Shown piece after piece: positions 51,301 to 63,100 of a DNA stretch of 64,000 nt (positions are counted from its first letter, which is position 1; each line of letters starts with the position of its first letter). A program made the translations under genes and the position numbers. Location of the stretch: NCBI GenBank assembly GCA_013239625.1, contig MU053487.1, forward strand, positions 2,687,058 to 2,751,057, read 5' to 3'. Source of the DNA: Lama guanicoe (Eukaryota). The notes below the pieces were generated by a model that saw only the letters and a program-made list of their open reading frames with translations, was not told where the DNA came from and made no database searches.

Positions 51301-51815
51301 TTTTAGAAAAAAATCCTTTTAATGAATTGATGGGAGTGAATATAGAGGAGTGGTTTGACCCACCAGTTGGGACTTGGCAGTTCATGCTTGTTAAGGCAGT
51401 ACATGTTTTGGAGGAATCCCTGCTTGTGCATCTATTTCTTGAGTCATGGCATCCACTGGAGAAACTCCTCTTAAATCTGTTCCTATCTTCCTAATAAAAT
51501 GGAAATCAGAGCTTAATTGGTGGGATTTTAAATAATCACTCAACATCTGGTGGTTCATTTATGACTTCGTCCAGATGCGTTTTATTAACAACTAACTTGC
51601 CTTTATGATTGGGAAGATAACCATTATTACAAAATAAGCTGAAAAACCAGAGAAACGTGTTTACAGAGCCCCTGGCCCTTCTCTCTTGGGTTGTTTCACA
51701 CTTTAATTAGATGCTGGGCTGACGCCCTAGGACTTGTCCTGTTGGTTTGGTTCTCATTTGGTTCCAAGAGCTGCTGGTCAAGGTGACTAAGTTGCCTTCC
51801 CCTGTTGACCCGCAG

Positions 51816-51970
51816 GGCGAGACCTGTCATCACAGTGGATGTCACCATCTTCCTCCCCGCCTCCATTAACATCACGGCGCCTCAGTGTCACGACGGCCAG
51901 CAGCCTGTGAACTGCCTCAACGTCACCGTCTGCTTTAGCTTCCACGGCAAGCATGTTCCGGGAGAAATCG
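51816..51970 (+). CDS. ITGA9: ITGA9 exon 14 (ARPVITVDVTIFLPASINITAPQCHDGQQPVNCLNVTVCFSFHGKHVPGEI)
   Basis: ccgcag acceptor; ATCG|gtaatg donor; 155 nt; start of the thigh domain; NIT and NVT sequons. Confidence 0.96.
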
Positions 51971-52834
51971 GTAATGGGCCACTGAGTCAGTGCTGGAGTG
52001 GGATTGCGGGATCGTGGGCAACTGAGGGATATTTCTGGGGTTCCCTCCTTTGTGCATCCTGGCTGGTTTTGCAGACAGCGGGTCCACAGGCTAGATGTCC
52101 TTTCCCCCTGAGTTTCCTTCTCTTCTCTTTCTGCTGACCATTTTTTTGCCCAATTTGATGCAACTTCCAGCTCTCAGACAAATAATATTTGCCCCCAAGC
52201 ATCCTTTCTCCAGGTGTCTGTGGACCAGATGGAAGCCTCACTGAGCCATGGGTGGGACAGGTGGTAGGACTTAGGGAAATGCAGTGAGTAGCCTGGCCCT
52301 TATGGAAGGTTCCACGCAGTTAGAAAAGAAGTGGTGGGACCTTGGAGACTCCTCGCCGAGCTTGCTACACCAGTTGGATGTCAGGGCTTGTGCTTTTTAC
52401 TGTGGAATAGGTGACCAGGTGTGGGTGGTGGGATTACGATGCTGAGTTTCACAAAGGCTTGGGCTTCCAATAGGCGGGGAGCCGCTTTGTTAGCTTCAGC
52501 TGATTGAAAGGAGGCAGGCGAACCCTGGCCAGTGGCAGCTGTTTCTGCCATTCCTGGGACTGGGGGAGGTCGACTTGCTAGCCCGCCTCCAGAGACTGGA
52601 TCCAACCCTGGAACGAGGCAGGATCAGTGTGGATTAGAGTTTAGAGTGTGCGATCACCTGAAGGAAATGGATCTGCAGCAGTTGTGCAGATTAATAGGCC
52701 CTTTGTTTTCACTAGAAAGGCTGACTTAATAACAGAAAGTACAGTGCCAGGGAAATGAAAACAACAAGACCCAGCACCATTAAGGGCTTGGACTCAGTGG
52801 CTTCCTTAGACATTTAAGTGTCAAGAGTGTCTCC

Positions 52835-53003
52835 CCTCCCTACTCACAGTGTGGTCCTTGGACCAGTAGGACCGCACCCCCTGGGAGCTCGTTAGTGATG
52901 CAGGATCGCAGGCCCCACTCCGGGCCTCTGAGCCAGCATCTGCATTTCAGAAAGATCCCTGCCAGATGCCTGTGCACAGTTAAGTTTGGGAAGCCCTGCT
53001 CCA
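52835..53003. mobile_element. MER5-family hAT MITE
   Basis: ctactcacagtgtggtcc...ctgggagctcgttag...atctgcattt...aagtttgggaagccctg. Confidence 0.7.
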
Positions 53004-55186
53004 GGGCACACGTGTGTGGGCAGCCAGAGAGCCGCAGAACACACGTTCACGCGCCAGTCCCTTTCCTGGCCGCACCTTGCATGCTCTACAGTGTTTAACA
53101 ACATGCTAATCCTTCCTGGCTAATGGTTTCATTGACATTTACCTTGATCTTCAGGCAGGTTGAATACGCTCAAAAATGAAACATGGTGCTTTTTTTTTAT
53201 ATGGATTTTTAAAAGAGAACTTAAGAGATTTCAAAAGTGAATATAACTTTATGAACTTGGGACTTGGTCAGTGAGGGAGGACGAACAGACTTTTTGTGTG
53301 CAACCCAGTGAGGAAAAGATACTTGCTCAGGGTCATCCAGCTGTTGGTAAAGCCAAGAATTGAATGCTGGTCTGATGATACTGAGTTCTGCTTTCCAAAA
53401 ATGATTTCCCACCACCTCCCTAATTGTTTAAGGCACCACGGCCTCTATAAAAAAATGTTCTGATGGTCCCGGGACTCATATATCCTCTGCCTAATTGGAT
53501 AGTGTGTCCTTTATCAAACACCAACTCTTGATGTAGCTGGACTCCATTAAGAAACATTTTAAAAGAACTGTCGAATTGAAGATTGCTTCTGCTGTGCATA
53601 AAAATAAGCAGAACTCTTCTAGAACGCTAAGAAAAGCGAGCAATTAATAGTTCATGTGTGTGTTCACTTGATAAATATTTATCGTGCGCCTGCATGGGCC
53701 AGCCAGACTTAACACTGTGGGGGTGAAAATGAAGGTAAATCGGTAGGGCAGGGACAGCGGAGAAGAAACCAAGATGCGAGTTTTGAGCACGAGTGATTTC
53801 AGAGCATGAGATAAAGTGGTAGAACAAATTCTGATGTGCAGATTCAGGAGCTGAGCCAGTGACCCCTTGTAGGGTGCAAGTCATTGACCCTGGTCATCGA
53901 TCCCAGGCCTTGGGGCCCCTTCATTGACCTCTAGCAGAGTTATGATTAAGGTCTAGGCTTAGCCGTGGCACTGCAGTCTTGGGGTATGATGGAGGAGGGG
54001 AAGGGACAGGCTGCTGGATGACATTCAGCACTGTCCCCACGGGCAGTATGGAGCAACCTGGCCAGCGTCCATTTTAGAGTGGGGAACACTGAGCAGGAGT
54101 ACCTCCCCCGGTGCAGGCCACTTCTTCTTCATCTGTCAGATGGGTTCATTGATGAAATCAAACAGCCTTTACAGTCTGAGGGGGCGTTTGCCCCATATTT
54201 ATTCGAGATTCAGGCTTAAAGAGGATGATAAGTGGAGACTTTGGTATTAGCAGGGCAATGCAGAAAGATCGATTTCTGGCATTTTCTGTCTCTCCCCCTG
54301 GCATTCAGGGAAGTGAGCTATATTTCAGTCTTTGCAGTAAAGGGAAAAATGTAGAAACCTGCGCCCAAATGAGCTGGCAGTGGAATATGGAGAGTTTGAG
54401 GAGGGAACTTTGGGAAGCCGTTAATGGGGTGATGGGAAATCAGGTGCAGGTGAAAGGTAGCTTTTCAAGTAGCCAGGCGAGTCCACATGTAGGTGGAGTT
54501 AGCACAGAAGCAGCCCCTTGGTTCTCCATGACTGGGGAGATCGGGTCTCCAGTTTCCAGATGGAGGAAGGATGGGGGCATCTCTAGTGCACAGACATTCT
54601 CCACTCCTCCAGGCCCAGCAGCCAGTGTTGGCCTGTGCATTGGGAGCCGAGGGCTGGGACTCTGGTTTCTAGCCTTTCTCCGTCATTGCTGGCAGCTGCA
54701 CAGGGGCATGTTCGTGGTGGTTTTGGCCATGGCAGGCTTGGCAAGCAAGTGTCTTCCAGGCATCTCTTAATGTCTGCAAATCCAGGGCTGAGTTTGTCAG
54801 CAGAACGGCTGCATTTGGGCAGTGCAGCTGGGGCAGCAGAATAAAGAGGCGTCGGTGGTGTGCTGAGTACTTGTGAATAGTTGCCAGAGTGGTATCTATC
54901 TGTTGGCATCTTCAGTGGCAGGGCCGCCTTAGGGATGTTCTGGGGGCCATAAGCAGTTGACATTGTAGTCATTTCTTTAGTTTCTTCTCTCCCTTGGGAC
55001 CCAGTGGGGCTCAAGCAAACTCAGAGATAAGGGATTCCTTTTGCCTCTATTTTCTGTGTCAGTCATGGAAAAACCACAGCTCCCACTTGGGCACAGAACG
55101 TTCAGGGCCAGCTGATGACCCAAGCCACTAACTGTGGCTTCTGGAGCTGCAGAGGTTTTCTATGGGGTGACTCTGCCTTGGCCCCT

Positions 55187-55950
55187 GTGACAGGCAGGGT
55201 CCAGTCAAGAAAACAGAAACCACACTAGTTATTTTAACAGAGAGAATTCAACATTGGGAATCAGTCAAGCAGGTCACGGAGGACCTGGTAGTAACTGCAG
55301 GACACAGCCACCACTTCTAGGTCTGGAGCAGGGATCTCAAAGCGTGGTTCCCAGATCAGCTGTGGCAACGGTGCGTGGAATCATGTTAGAAATGTGAATT
55401 CTAACTGAATCAGAAACTCTGAGGGGGGGGGCCCAGCAACCTGGGTTTTAACAAGCCTACAGCTGGTTTAGATTTGAGAACCTCTGGTTGAGGGGAACCA
55501 AAAGAAAAGATTATATATGGGGTGAACCACTTCCTCAGAGTTGTTAGAACCTAGAAGCTTGGAGAAGGGACCTCATGGACCTGGCATCTAAACCTCGGAG
55601 GAGGGGACACGAGCTGGTGCTTCTGGTACCTCTAAGGGGTGCAGTGAGGCTGGTTCTGGGGTGACGGGGGGAAATGAAATGAGAACTAACTGCTGTTGGA
55701 AGCAGCATTCAGTGGAAACCCAGCAGGGCTGAGCCCTAAGTGATTGTGTTGTATGCTCTGACCCTGCACCCCTGTGTTTCCGTGAAAGACTGTCACCGGG
55801 TTAAGCTGATAGGAAGTCCCTTCCCCTCCTCCGGCCTCGCAGCCTTCCTCCAGCTCTCCAGCTCGGCACAGCCTCCCAGAGAGCCACTCGCAAAGCAGGA
55901 ATGAGGATTGCAGAGTCTCAGCCCCAGCCCCGCAGAGTGGAGCAACAGTT
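55187..55950. mobile_element. Old LTR (LTR78/79-like) interrupted by MER5A
   Basis: tgtgacaggcagggtccagtcaagaaaacagaaaccacactagttattttaacagagagaatt resembles a recalled LTR78/79 terminus; family uncertain. Confidence 0.45.
55329..55486. mobile_element. MER5A hAT-Charlie MITE
   Basis: cagggatctcaaagcgtggttccc...tgttagaaatg...gaatcagaaactct...tttaacaagcc...tttgagaacctctg. Confidence 0.75.
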
Positions 55951-57919
55951 TTGTAAGCCAGTCACATGGAGTTCCTGAAACTCCTTTTGGCCTATTCAGT
56001 CAGCAGTTGTTAGAAGTGCCAGACTCTGTGTCCAGCTCTGGGCACAGAACATGGGACAGGGCAGGCACGGTCCTCGCCCTCATGGAGCTTGTGTGGCTGG
56101 CCTGGGCTGCAGACACCATGCCCAACTCGGGCAGCCCCCAGAAGAGATTTATAATGTATTTTATCAAGCCATTGAAAACAAGAGTTCGGCCCATCTCAAA
56201 TCTTACTAGTCTTCATTCTTGGCCTGGGGAGCAGTGTGTGGCTCCTGGGAGCCTCCTGGTGCCGGAAGCAAGGCAGGTGAATGCTGTACATGAGAGGGCT
56301 GTTCCCCTCGCCCACGGCCTGGGCCTGTACCCTTGTCGGCCAGGCTGAAGCCTCAGTGTGCATGTCAGTCCTTGGAGGCTGAGCATCAAGCTGGCAGTTC
56401 TGGCCTCTCCCCAGAGCGTTCAGTGGAAACTGGGCAGGGCTGAGCCCTAGGTGGTCATGTTCTGTGCGCTGACCCTGTGCCCCCGTATTTCTGTGGCTCT
56501 TACACAGCCTGGCAAAGCTGTGAATGCGCATTGGGTCCCCTCTGCCCCTAGACAAGCAGTAGAGTCCAGGTCCTGAGACAGGCACTAAGGTCACACAAGC
56601 CAGTGGCAGAAATAGGGCAGTTTGTCCCCAGTCCCTTCCTCTGGCCCTTGGGGTGCATTTCTGCTCCAGAGAGCATTTGCATACAGAGAACATTGTCTAA
56701 GTTCCTTCTAGTCTCTCCAGAAGCACAGCGATGAGATAGTGAGACAAACCCATGTTATGTGAGGAAGGGAAAACTTATGCTAATTACCACCCCCTTCCTT
56801 GTGGGGTGGTGAGAAAAACTAAGAAAGTGGAAATAACCTTTTCCCCCTCTCCCGGGAAACTCTAAGGGAAGCTCAGAGTGAGTCTGGAAGGAGGATTTAT
56901 TAGTAGAATTTCACAACTGAAATCTGATGGAGAATGGGAATGAATCAAAGCTGGTTGGGAGCTGCGTTGATGGGAGACAGCTGCCCCCCTGCTGGCTCTA
57001 GGCTGGTGTGGGGGGCCCTGGGGGACCAGCTCAGGGGGCAGGGAAAGGAGGAGGCTGAAAGCATGACTTGGGGCTCATCAGCTTTTCCATCAAGATGACA
57101 TCATCCGACGTGGCACAGGCACAAGCTACCAGAGAGGAGCTGGAGATGCAGAGTGCTCTGTCAGTGCAGGCCCTAATCAGAACCAGCACCCTCCCCAGGC
57201 CAGGCTGGCTGCGCTTGGGGGGTGGTCCTTGGCAACTTGGCCAGCCTGACGCACCCACTCTCCCACAGGGTGGGCTGAGCCGAGCCAACCAATGGCTGCT
57301 TCTCTGGTGTCTCCTCAACTTCTTAGGGGGGCTCCCTTGCAGACTCATTTGGGGTAGGGGCTGCTGAAACCCCCCTGGTAAGCTCAGGGCTTTGGGGTGG
57401 TTTGCACATCTTCTTGCTGCCCTCGCAGCGACAAGACCCTCCTCATTCAAGCTGGGTTTCTCATCATATGTCTCTTGGTTTTGCTCTAGAAGAGAGAATT
57501 TGACAAGGAGCTGACTTCCTTTTGTATAGTTTAAAATGTCAAAATACATTTTAAATCAAGGAGAAACCCTGAGTCAGCAGTTCTAAAGACAAAATGCTTC
57601 CCAAATGATTGCACTTGGCGAATTGGTTAACTTGGTCTGTCTGTGACTGTGCTTTCACGTTTTAGAAATATCTGGTAGGCGGATGTGCTCATGTGTGCAC
57701 ACTGCGCCTGAAGCAGAGTAGTGACTGTGGTCCTCAGCTCGGTTTTAGGACCTCTGAGCTGTTTCTTCCCCTCCCTTGAGTTGCAGGAGGGGTATTTTGG
57801 GTCAGCGATTCTGCAGTGAGATGAGACTATGGAGGACTAAACTTGATGTTTGTAAAGTCTCCAACACAGGGCTTGGCACACATTGAAGGTTGAATTCATT
57901 CCTTTTTCTGGCTAGCCCC

Positions 57920-58660
57920 ATTTTGATTCAGATTCTTGCAGAAGCAGAGCCTGTGTTAAGGATTTCAGTGCACATTGTTGATTCAGGAGGTGATCCCAGG
58001 AAGCACTAGCAGGAAAGCAGAACAATGAGACAGGAAGGGAGGCTACATCAGTCGGGGTTCACCAGAGAAATAGAGCCAGTAGGGTCTGTGGATATTGCTG
58101 TTATAGCTTAAAGACAGTCTGGAAACAGCATTCATTTTTTTTAGGGGGGAATCTTGGTCTTTGGCCTCTTAAGGCCTTCAACTGATTAGACGAGGCCCAC
58201 CCACTCTGTGGAGGGTTATCTGCTTTATTCAGAGTCTACTGATTTCCACCTCAATCTCATCTTTAAAAATACCTTCACAGTGACATTCAAATGGGTGTTT
58301 GACCAGATATTTGGGTACTGTGGCCTAGTCAAGTTGACTCCTAAAAGAAACTAACACAGCTGCCAGTTAGAGGATGTGTTAATGAGAAAGTCAGTACTGT
58401 GGGCGGCTGGAGCTGAATACTCCCAGGGACGTCTGGGAGCCAGTGCAGAACCCAGCTCACAGTTACCCTGCCTAAGGGACTGGGGAACTGGGGTCACGCA
58501 TTACTGATGGCTGCTCCAGTGGCTTTAGTTCTCATCACTCCTGGGCAGAGCCTCCAGAGTAAGCCCTTGGGAAAGGAGATGCAGGTGCTGGCAGTTGGAA
58601 ATTGGGCTGAATAGTAGAGAAATGGTAAAACCCAAGAGGATGTGGGTGGGACGCTGATGC
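57920..58660. mobile_element. ERVL LTR33/LTR16-like element interrupted by MLT2
   Basis: cagaagcagagcctg...aggatttcagtgca...ggaggtgatcccaggaagcac...gagacaggaaggga; similar sequence resumes after 58358. Confidence 0.6.
58044..58358 (-). mobile_element. MLT2-type ERVL LTR (probably internally deleted)
   Basis: agtcggggttcaccagagaaatagagcca start; ttaaggccttcaactgatt...aggcccaccc; ggcctagtcaagttgac...aca end. Confidence 0.75.
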
Positions 58661-60967
58661 TATCTGCTCTGTATTCTTGTGTTCTTTCCTACCCAGCCTT
58701 TCTCTGGGCTCAGTCGGCCCAGTGCCGACCAGATGGTTCAAACCTGCTGTTCTCTCCATGATCACGCTCCATGCCCTCTCTAGGGAGGACACCCGTAGCT
58801 CTCTTACCTGGGAGGTGGCAGGTGGGGTGCCGCAGAGGGGACCGCATTCAGCAGCTGCTGCCACCGTGTTGGTTTCCTCCACTGAAGCGCGTCGTCAAGC
58901 GACACTCATCTCCAGCCGTCTTTGCTAAACGGAACTCGAGACTCATTTCATTTATACATATTCTTTCTTGCTGTTTAGCTGTTGCTCAGGGAAATTGTGA
59001 TCAGGAGAAGGTAAATTGGCTAATGCTTAGTTCTAGATCTCTAGACTTGTTGGGTTCTGCTATCTGTGCATTCAAACAATTTTTTTTTGTCAGGTAATGT
59101 AAAAAATGCACCAAGAACCAATGTGATAGGAATAGCAAACACTGGAGATGAGGCGGGTTCCAGATTCATCTCTGCAATGATGGCTCCCTTGTTGGGAGCA
59201 AGTCTGGTTCCCTTTGGGGGCTTCAGTTCCTCATCTGAAAAATGAAGGTCTTGAACTAGACAGTCCCTAGGATTACCCTTAAGCTTTGCCATTCTATGAG
59301 TCTGCCCCATCTCCTGCACCGTCACCATCGGAGCAGGTGTGTAAAGCTTGTGCAGGCGCCCGTGTTTTCTCTGTCGGAACACTTTCCTGTGTGCCTTGTT
59401 TTCTTCTCCATAATATTATCCAGGCTTATCCAGGTCTCAGGTGCCTCCTGGTGACCCAGCCCTGCCTTAGAAATCAGCTGTTGGCTGAAGTAAACAAGCT
59501 GGGTCAGACTTGCCCTTGCTGACCAGGAATCTGCCAGCGTGGCACACTGGGGTCCTGGGATGGCAGAGGCCCAGGAAAACCATTAAACGCATCCCAAATA
59601 TACCCTGCGGCAGCTGCAGAAGGCCTGTCCAGGTCACTCTCCTCTTTCCTCGTTCCTACCTCCCCTGGTAGCTGATTCCTTTGATGTTATTAAAAGCCAG
59701 AGCCATCCCTGCTGCCCCAGCTTCTCATAGTTAAACACCAGCAGACAGGCATGAGGCTGCCCCCCCCCCTTTTTTTTTTTTCAGTGTGAGAGCTGGGACT
59801 CTGAGAGGCTGGTGTGTGGGGCTGGGGCAGGGTCACCCACTTTCCCATTGCTCAGCAGTATCATCTGGTCGTATTAGGGACAGAAGCTCCTTTTCTCACT
59901 TTAAAAATGCCACATTCCCCTGAATCCACAAAGCAGCTGAAAAAATAAAGTGTTGCATAGAAAAGTGTTACGAAGAAGGTGACCTCTGAAACAGGGTTCG
60001 CTGGTACAGAAAAGTGGTAAAACAGATCTGTTAACACTAAAGCCGTATTTACCCAATAGAACACGTTGTCATATACTTACTAACAGATTCTGACATAAGG
60101 GAAGTGAAACCTTTTGGGTTTATCCAATGTGTGTTGTATAGTATGATTTTTTTTATTTCAAGTTTCATGTTGTGTCACAGTTGGTTCTGCCATCTGGCAC
60201 TCCACCTTGAGGTGATGAGTTTTTTTTTAGGGGTGCACCCGGGTACTGACCCCACAGTGGTCATGGTTTTGCTGAGACGGTAGGCACTATTAAACTATGT
60301 GGTCACCCGGAATGAAGTCAGCTTCAGCCTTCCCCTGTGTTTCCATGGGTGTAAGGTCCACCAGGGCAGGGGTCTGCCCGTGTTGTTTGTTGGTGCCTCC
60401 CCCGGGCCTGCACAGTGCCAAGCAGTCGTGCTTGGTGGACTGCAGGTAGTTATGGTCCAGTAGATCGAGCGGTTATAGAGCTTGACTTAACATCTTTGAG
60501 ATGAGTTGGAATTATTGGGTGATTTCTCCCTTGTGTTGAGAGTCTTTCTCATCTCTCTGCAGGAGTCAGTATTCCACGCAGCCTTGGTAGTTTCAGCAGC
60601 TTCTTGTAATACATTCCGTAGGTTTGCTGTGGTGCCTGCTTTTCATGGAACTGATGGTGTCAGATATGGCTGACTGTTGATGAGAATATTGGTGGCTCAG
60701 TTGATAATTCATGAGGTTTAAATCCGCAGCCTGGAGGCATGAAGTGTGATGCCCAGAGCATCCCCAGGAAGGCAGGGTCATTCTGGTCTGTGTCGATTCT
60801 GTGGGTGCCCTGGCTGCATGCTTCTCTTTGAGACGGTGTTGGCTGGGGGCTGCCGTAGAGGGCTCGGGATCGAATAAAGTGTGCTCGTGATCCTCCAAGG
60901 GGGACCCAAGGGAACCTTGTCACTGTGTATCTGCCCTTGCTGATTTTTTGACCTTTTTCATTGGCAG

Positions 60968-61128
60968 GCCTGCATTATGTTCTGACGGCTGATGTGGCCA
61001 AAAAAGAAAAGAGCCAGTTGCCCAGGGTCTACTTTGTGTTGCTGGGAGAGTCTGTGGGTCAGGTCTCAGAGAGGCTGCAGCTGATCCACCTGGAGGAGAC
61101 ATGTCATCATTACGTGGCCCATGTGAAG
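60968..61128 (+). CDS. ITGA9: ITGA9 exon 15 ((G)LHYVLTADVAKKEKSQLPRVYFVLLGESVGQVSERLQLIHLEETCHHYVAHVK)
   Basis: ttggcag acceptor; AAG|gtcagt donor; 161 nt, phase 1 to 0. Confidence 0.96.
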
Positions 61129-61859
61129 GTCAGTTCTTTTTTTATCCTCAAACTTTGATCTCTACAGATGTTCCTTTGGAACTGGTGGAAACTTTTATTG
61201 TGCATTATGTATGCTCTGACTTGCAAAATTTTATTTTATGAGGAGAAGAACATTTTGTTTCTTCTTTTAAAGTTGGAGTTGGGCAACCCTTTATTGATCT
61301 GACTGTGCTGGTCTCAGCCTCTGAGCAGGGTGTTGGTGGGCCAGGGGGCGGGGCTAGCGGTGCTCTCTGGCCTTGCCTTGTTCTTTTGGGAGATTTCTTA
61401 TCCTCTCCCCTCTATGAAGCTCAGTAGTCTTCTCAGAGGAGAGAGACAGAAGCACATGCCTCTGAGTCTGCAGTGGTGCTGGATCACACTCCACCTGATG
61501 CCTTTCTCAGTGATCCACTACATAATTAGCTCACAGTCATGATTAAGGTGCTTTACAACTAGTTGGATTTTTTCTGTCTTGCTCACTCTCTATTTTAGGA
61601 GTGCATGTTTTGGCCCGTTCCCCCCTCACTCTAAATGAACTTTCAAAACGTTTTTCTCCTCTTGAAATTGATAAATATACTTTGCTGCTAATTCAGGAGG
61701 CCAGGCTTTGATTAGCTACAGACTGGCCTCTGTACAGGCAGGCACTGGCAGGGTGCAAGTCTGGTGCCCAGTGCTGCAAGAATGTCCGGCCACTGACCCC
61801 CAGGCAGTGACAGAGTGCATGGGAGGTGGAAGGACTCCCATGACCCAGGCCACAGAGTG

Positions 61860-62090
61860 AGTAAGATGAAGGTAGGTTTTGGAGTTACACAGACCCGAAT
61901 TGTGTCCAGTTGGATGAGTATTTTGACTTCACTGCATCTAAGTTTCTGCATCTCTAAAATGGGCATGGTAATAACTTACATTGAAAGGTGATCATAGAAT
62001 TAAACATTACGTGATGAATGTACTTAAAGGACCTTGCATGGAATTTGCCACACAGCTGGCACTCAGCATTATTATTATTATTATTATTTG
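61860..62090 (+). mobile_element. MIR SINE ending in an (ATT)n tract
   Basis: agtttctgcatctctaaaatgggcatggtaata...; (ATT)n at about 62068-62087. Confidence 0.6.
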
Positions 62091-62911
62091 ATTGGGCCAT
62101 ACATAATTACCCATATTCTAGCATTCTTGACTTATAAAAAAACAATTACGTATAGTTCAACCTATTATTATTAGCCAGTGGCTTTCTGATGATAGCAAAA
62201 ATAGTCTGTGGTTGGGAGATAAAGTGTCATTCTGTTACTGTGTTGTTAGGGCCAGTGAGAGAGACTAACAGCTGCTTCTGTGTACTTCTGGGTTGTAGCT
62301 AGAGAAGTGCCCCACACATCCACTGCAGCTTGGCCCCGAGCCCAAGAGTCCATGCCCCTGAGATGCTTTTCAGTGGGGCTGGGCTCTGTGTCCTGCCAGG
62401 ACTCGTGCTGGGACCTGCCCAGACCAACTGCCCTAAGATCTCGGGTGAAGGCCATTTATAAAGTGTTTCTTGCTCCTGTGAAGCCAACAAGCCGCCCTCC
62501 CCTCTGGGTCTTCACTTACACTGGCTCACGAGCACCCTTGAGGGTGTGAGCCGTCATGTCAAACACTGCTCACCCTTCAAATGCCTGTGCTTGGAGTCTC
62601 TACATTTTTGCAGACGGAGGCATCTTCCCCTGGGCTTCCTCATACCGAGTCTCTTCTACAAACAATTTCCTTCAGGGATCTTAACAACTTCTTGCTTTGC
62701 CCTAGAGGTTACCACTTGCTGTGGGGCTACCAGGGGTCTCGGCTGCAAGGTAGGGCCACACAGAGCCTGCAGGCCTTTGCAGAGTGCAGTCAGGAAACAG
62801 CAGCAGTGGGGTGCAGGCCAGAGGCAGGGCTGTTTCTGTGGTGGCCTCAGAGGGTTAACTGGAAAGAGCAGAGCTGCCCAAGGCTGTTGGTCCTGCTACT
62901 TCCTGATGACC

Positions 62912-63100
62912 TAGGGTTGCCAGATGTAGCAAGTGAAAATACAGGATTCCCAGTTAAAACTGAATTTCAGATAAACAGCAGCAAAAATTTTTTTAAGTAT
63001 AAGTATGTCCCAAACAATGCATGGGATATACTTACAGTAAAAAAAAATTTTATTTTTTAAAATTGTTATTGGTCTGAAATTCAGATTTAACCAGGCATCC
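62912..63100. mobile_element. MER53 palindromic hAT MITE (one terminus missing)
   Basis: tagggttgccagat start; inverted arms ctgaatttcaga (62960-62971) and tctgaaattcag (63073-63084); centre aagtatgtccca...tgggatatactt. Confidence 0.85.
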
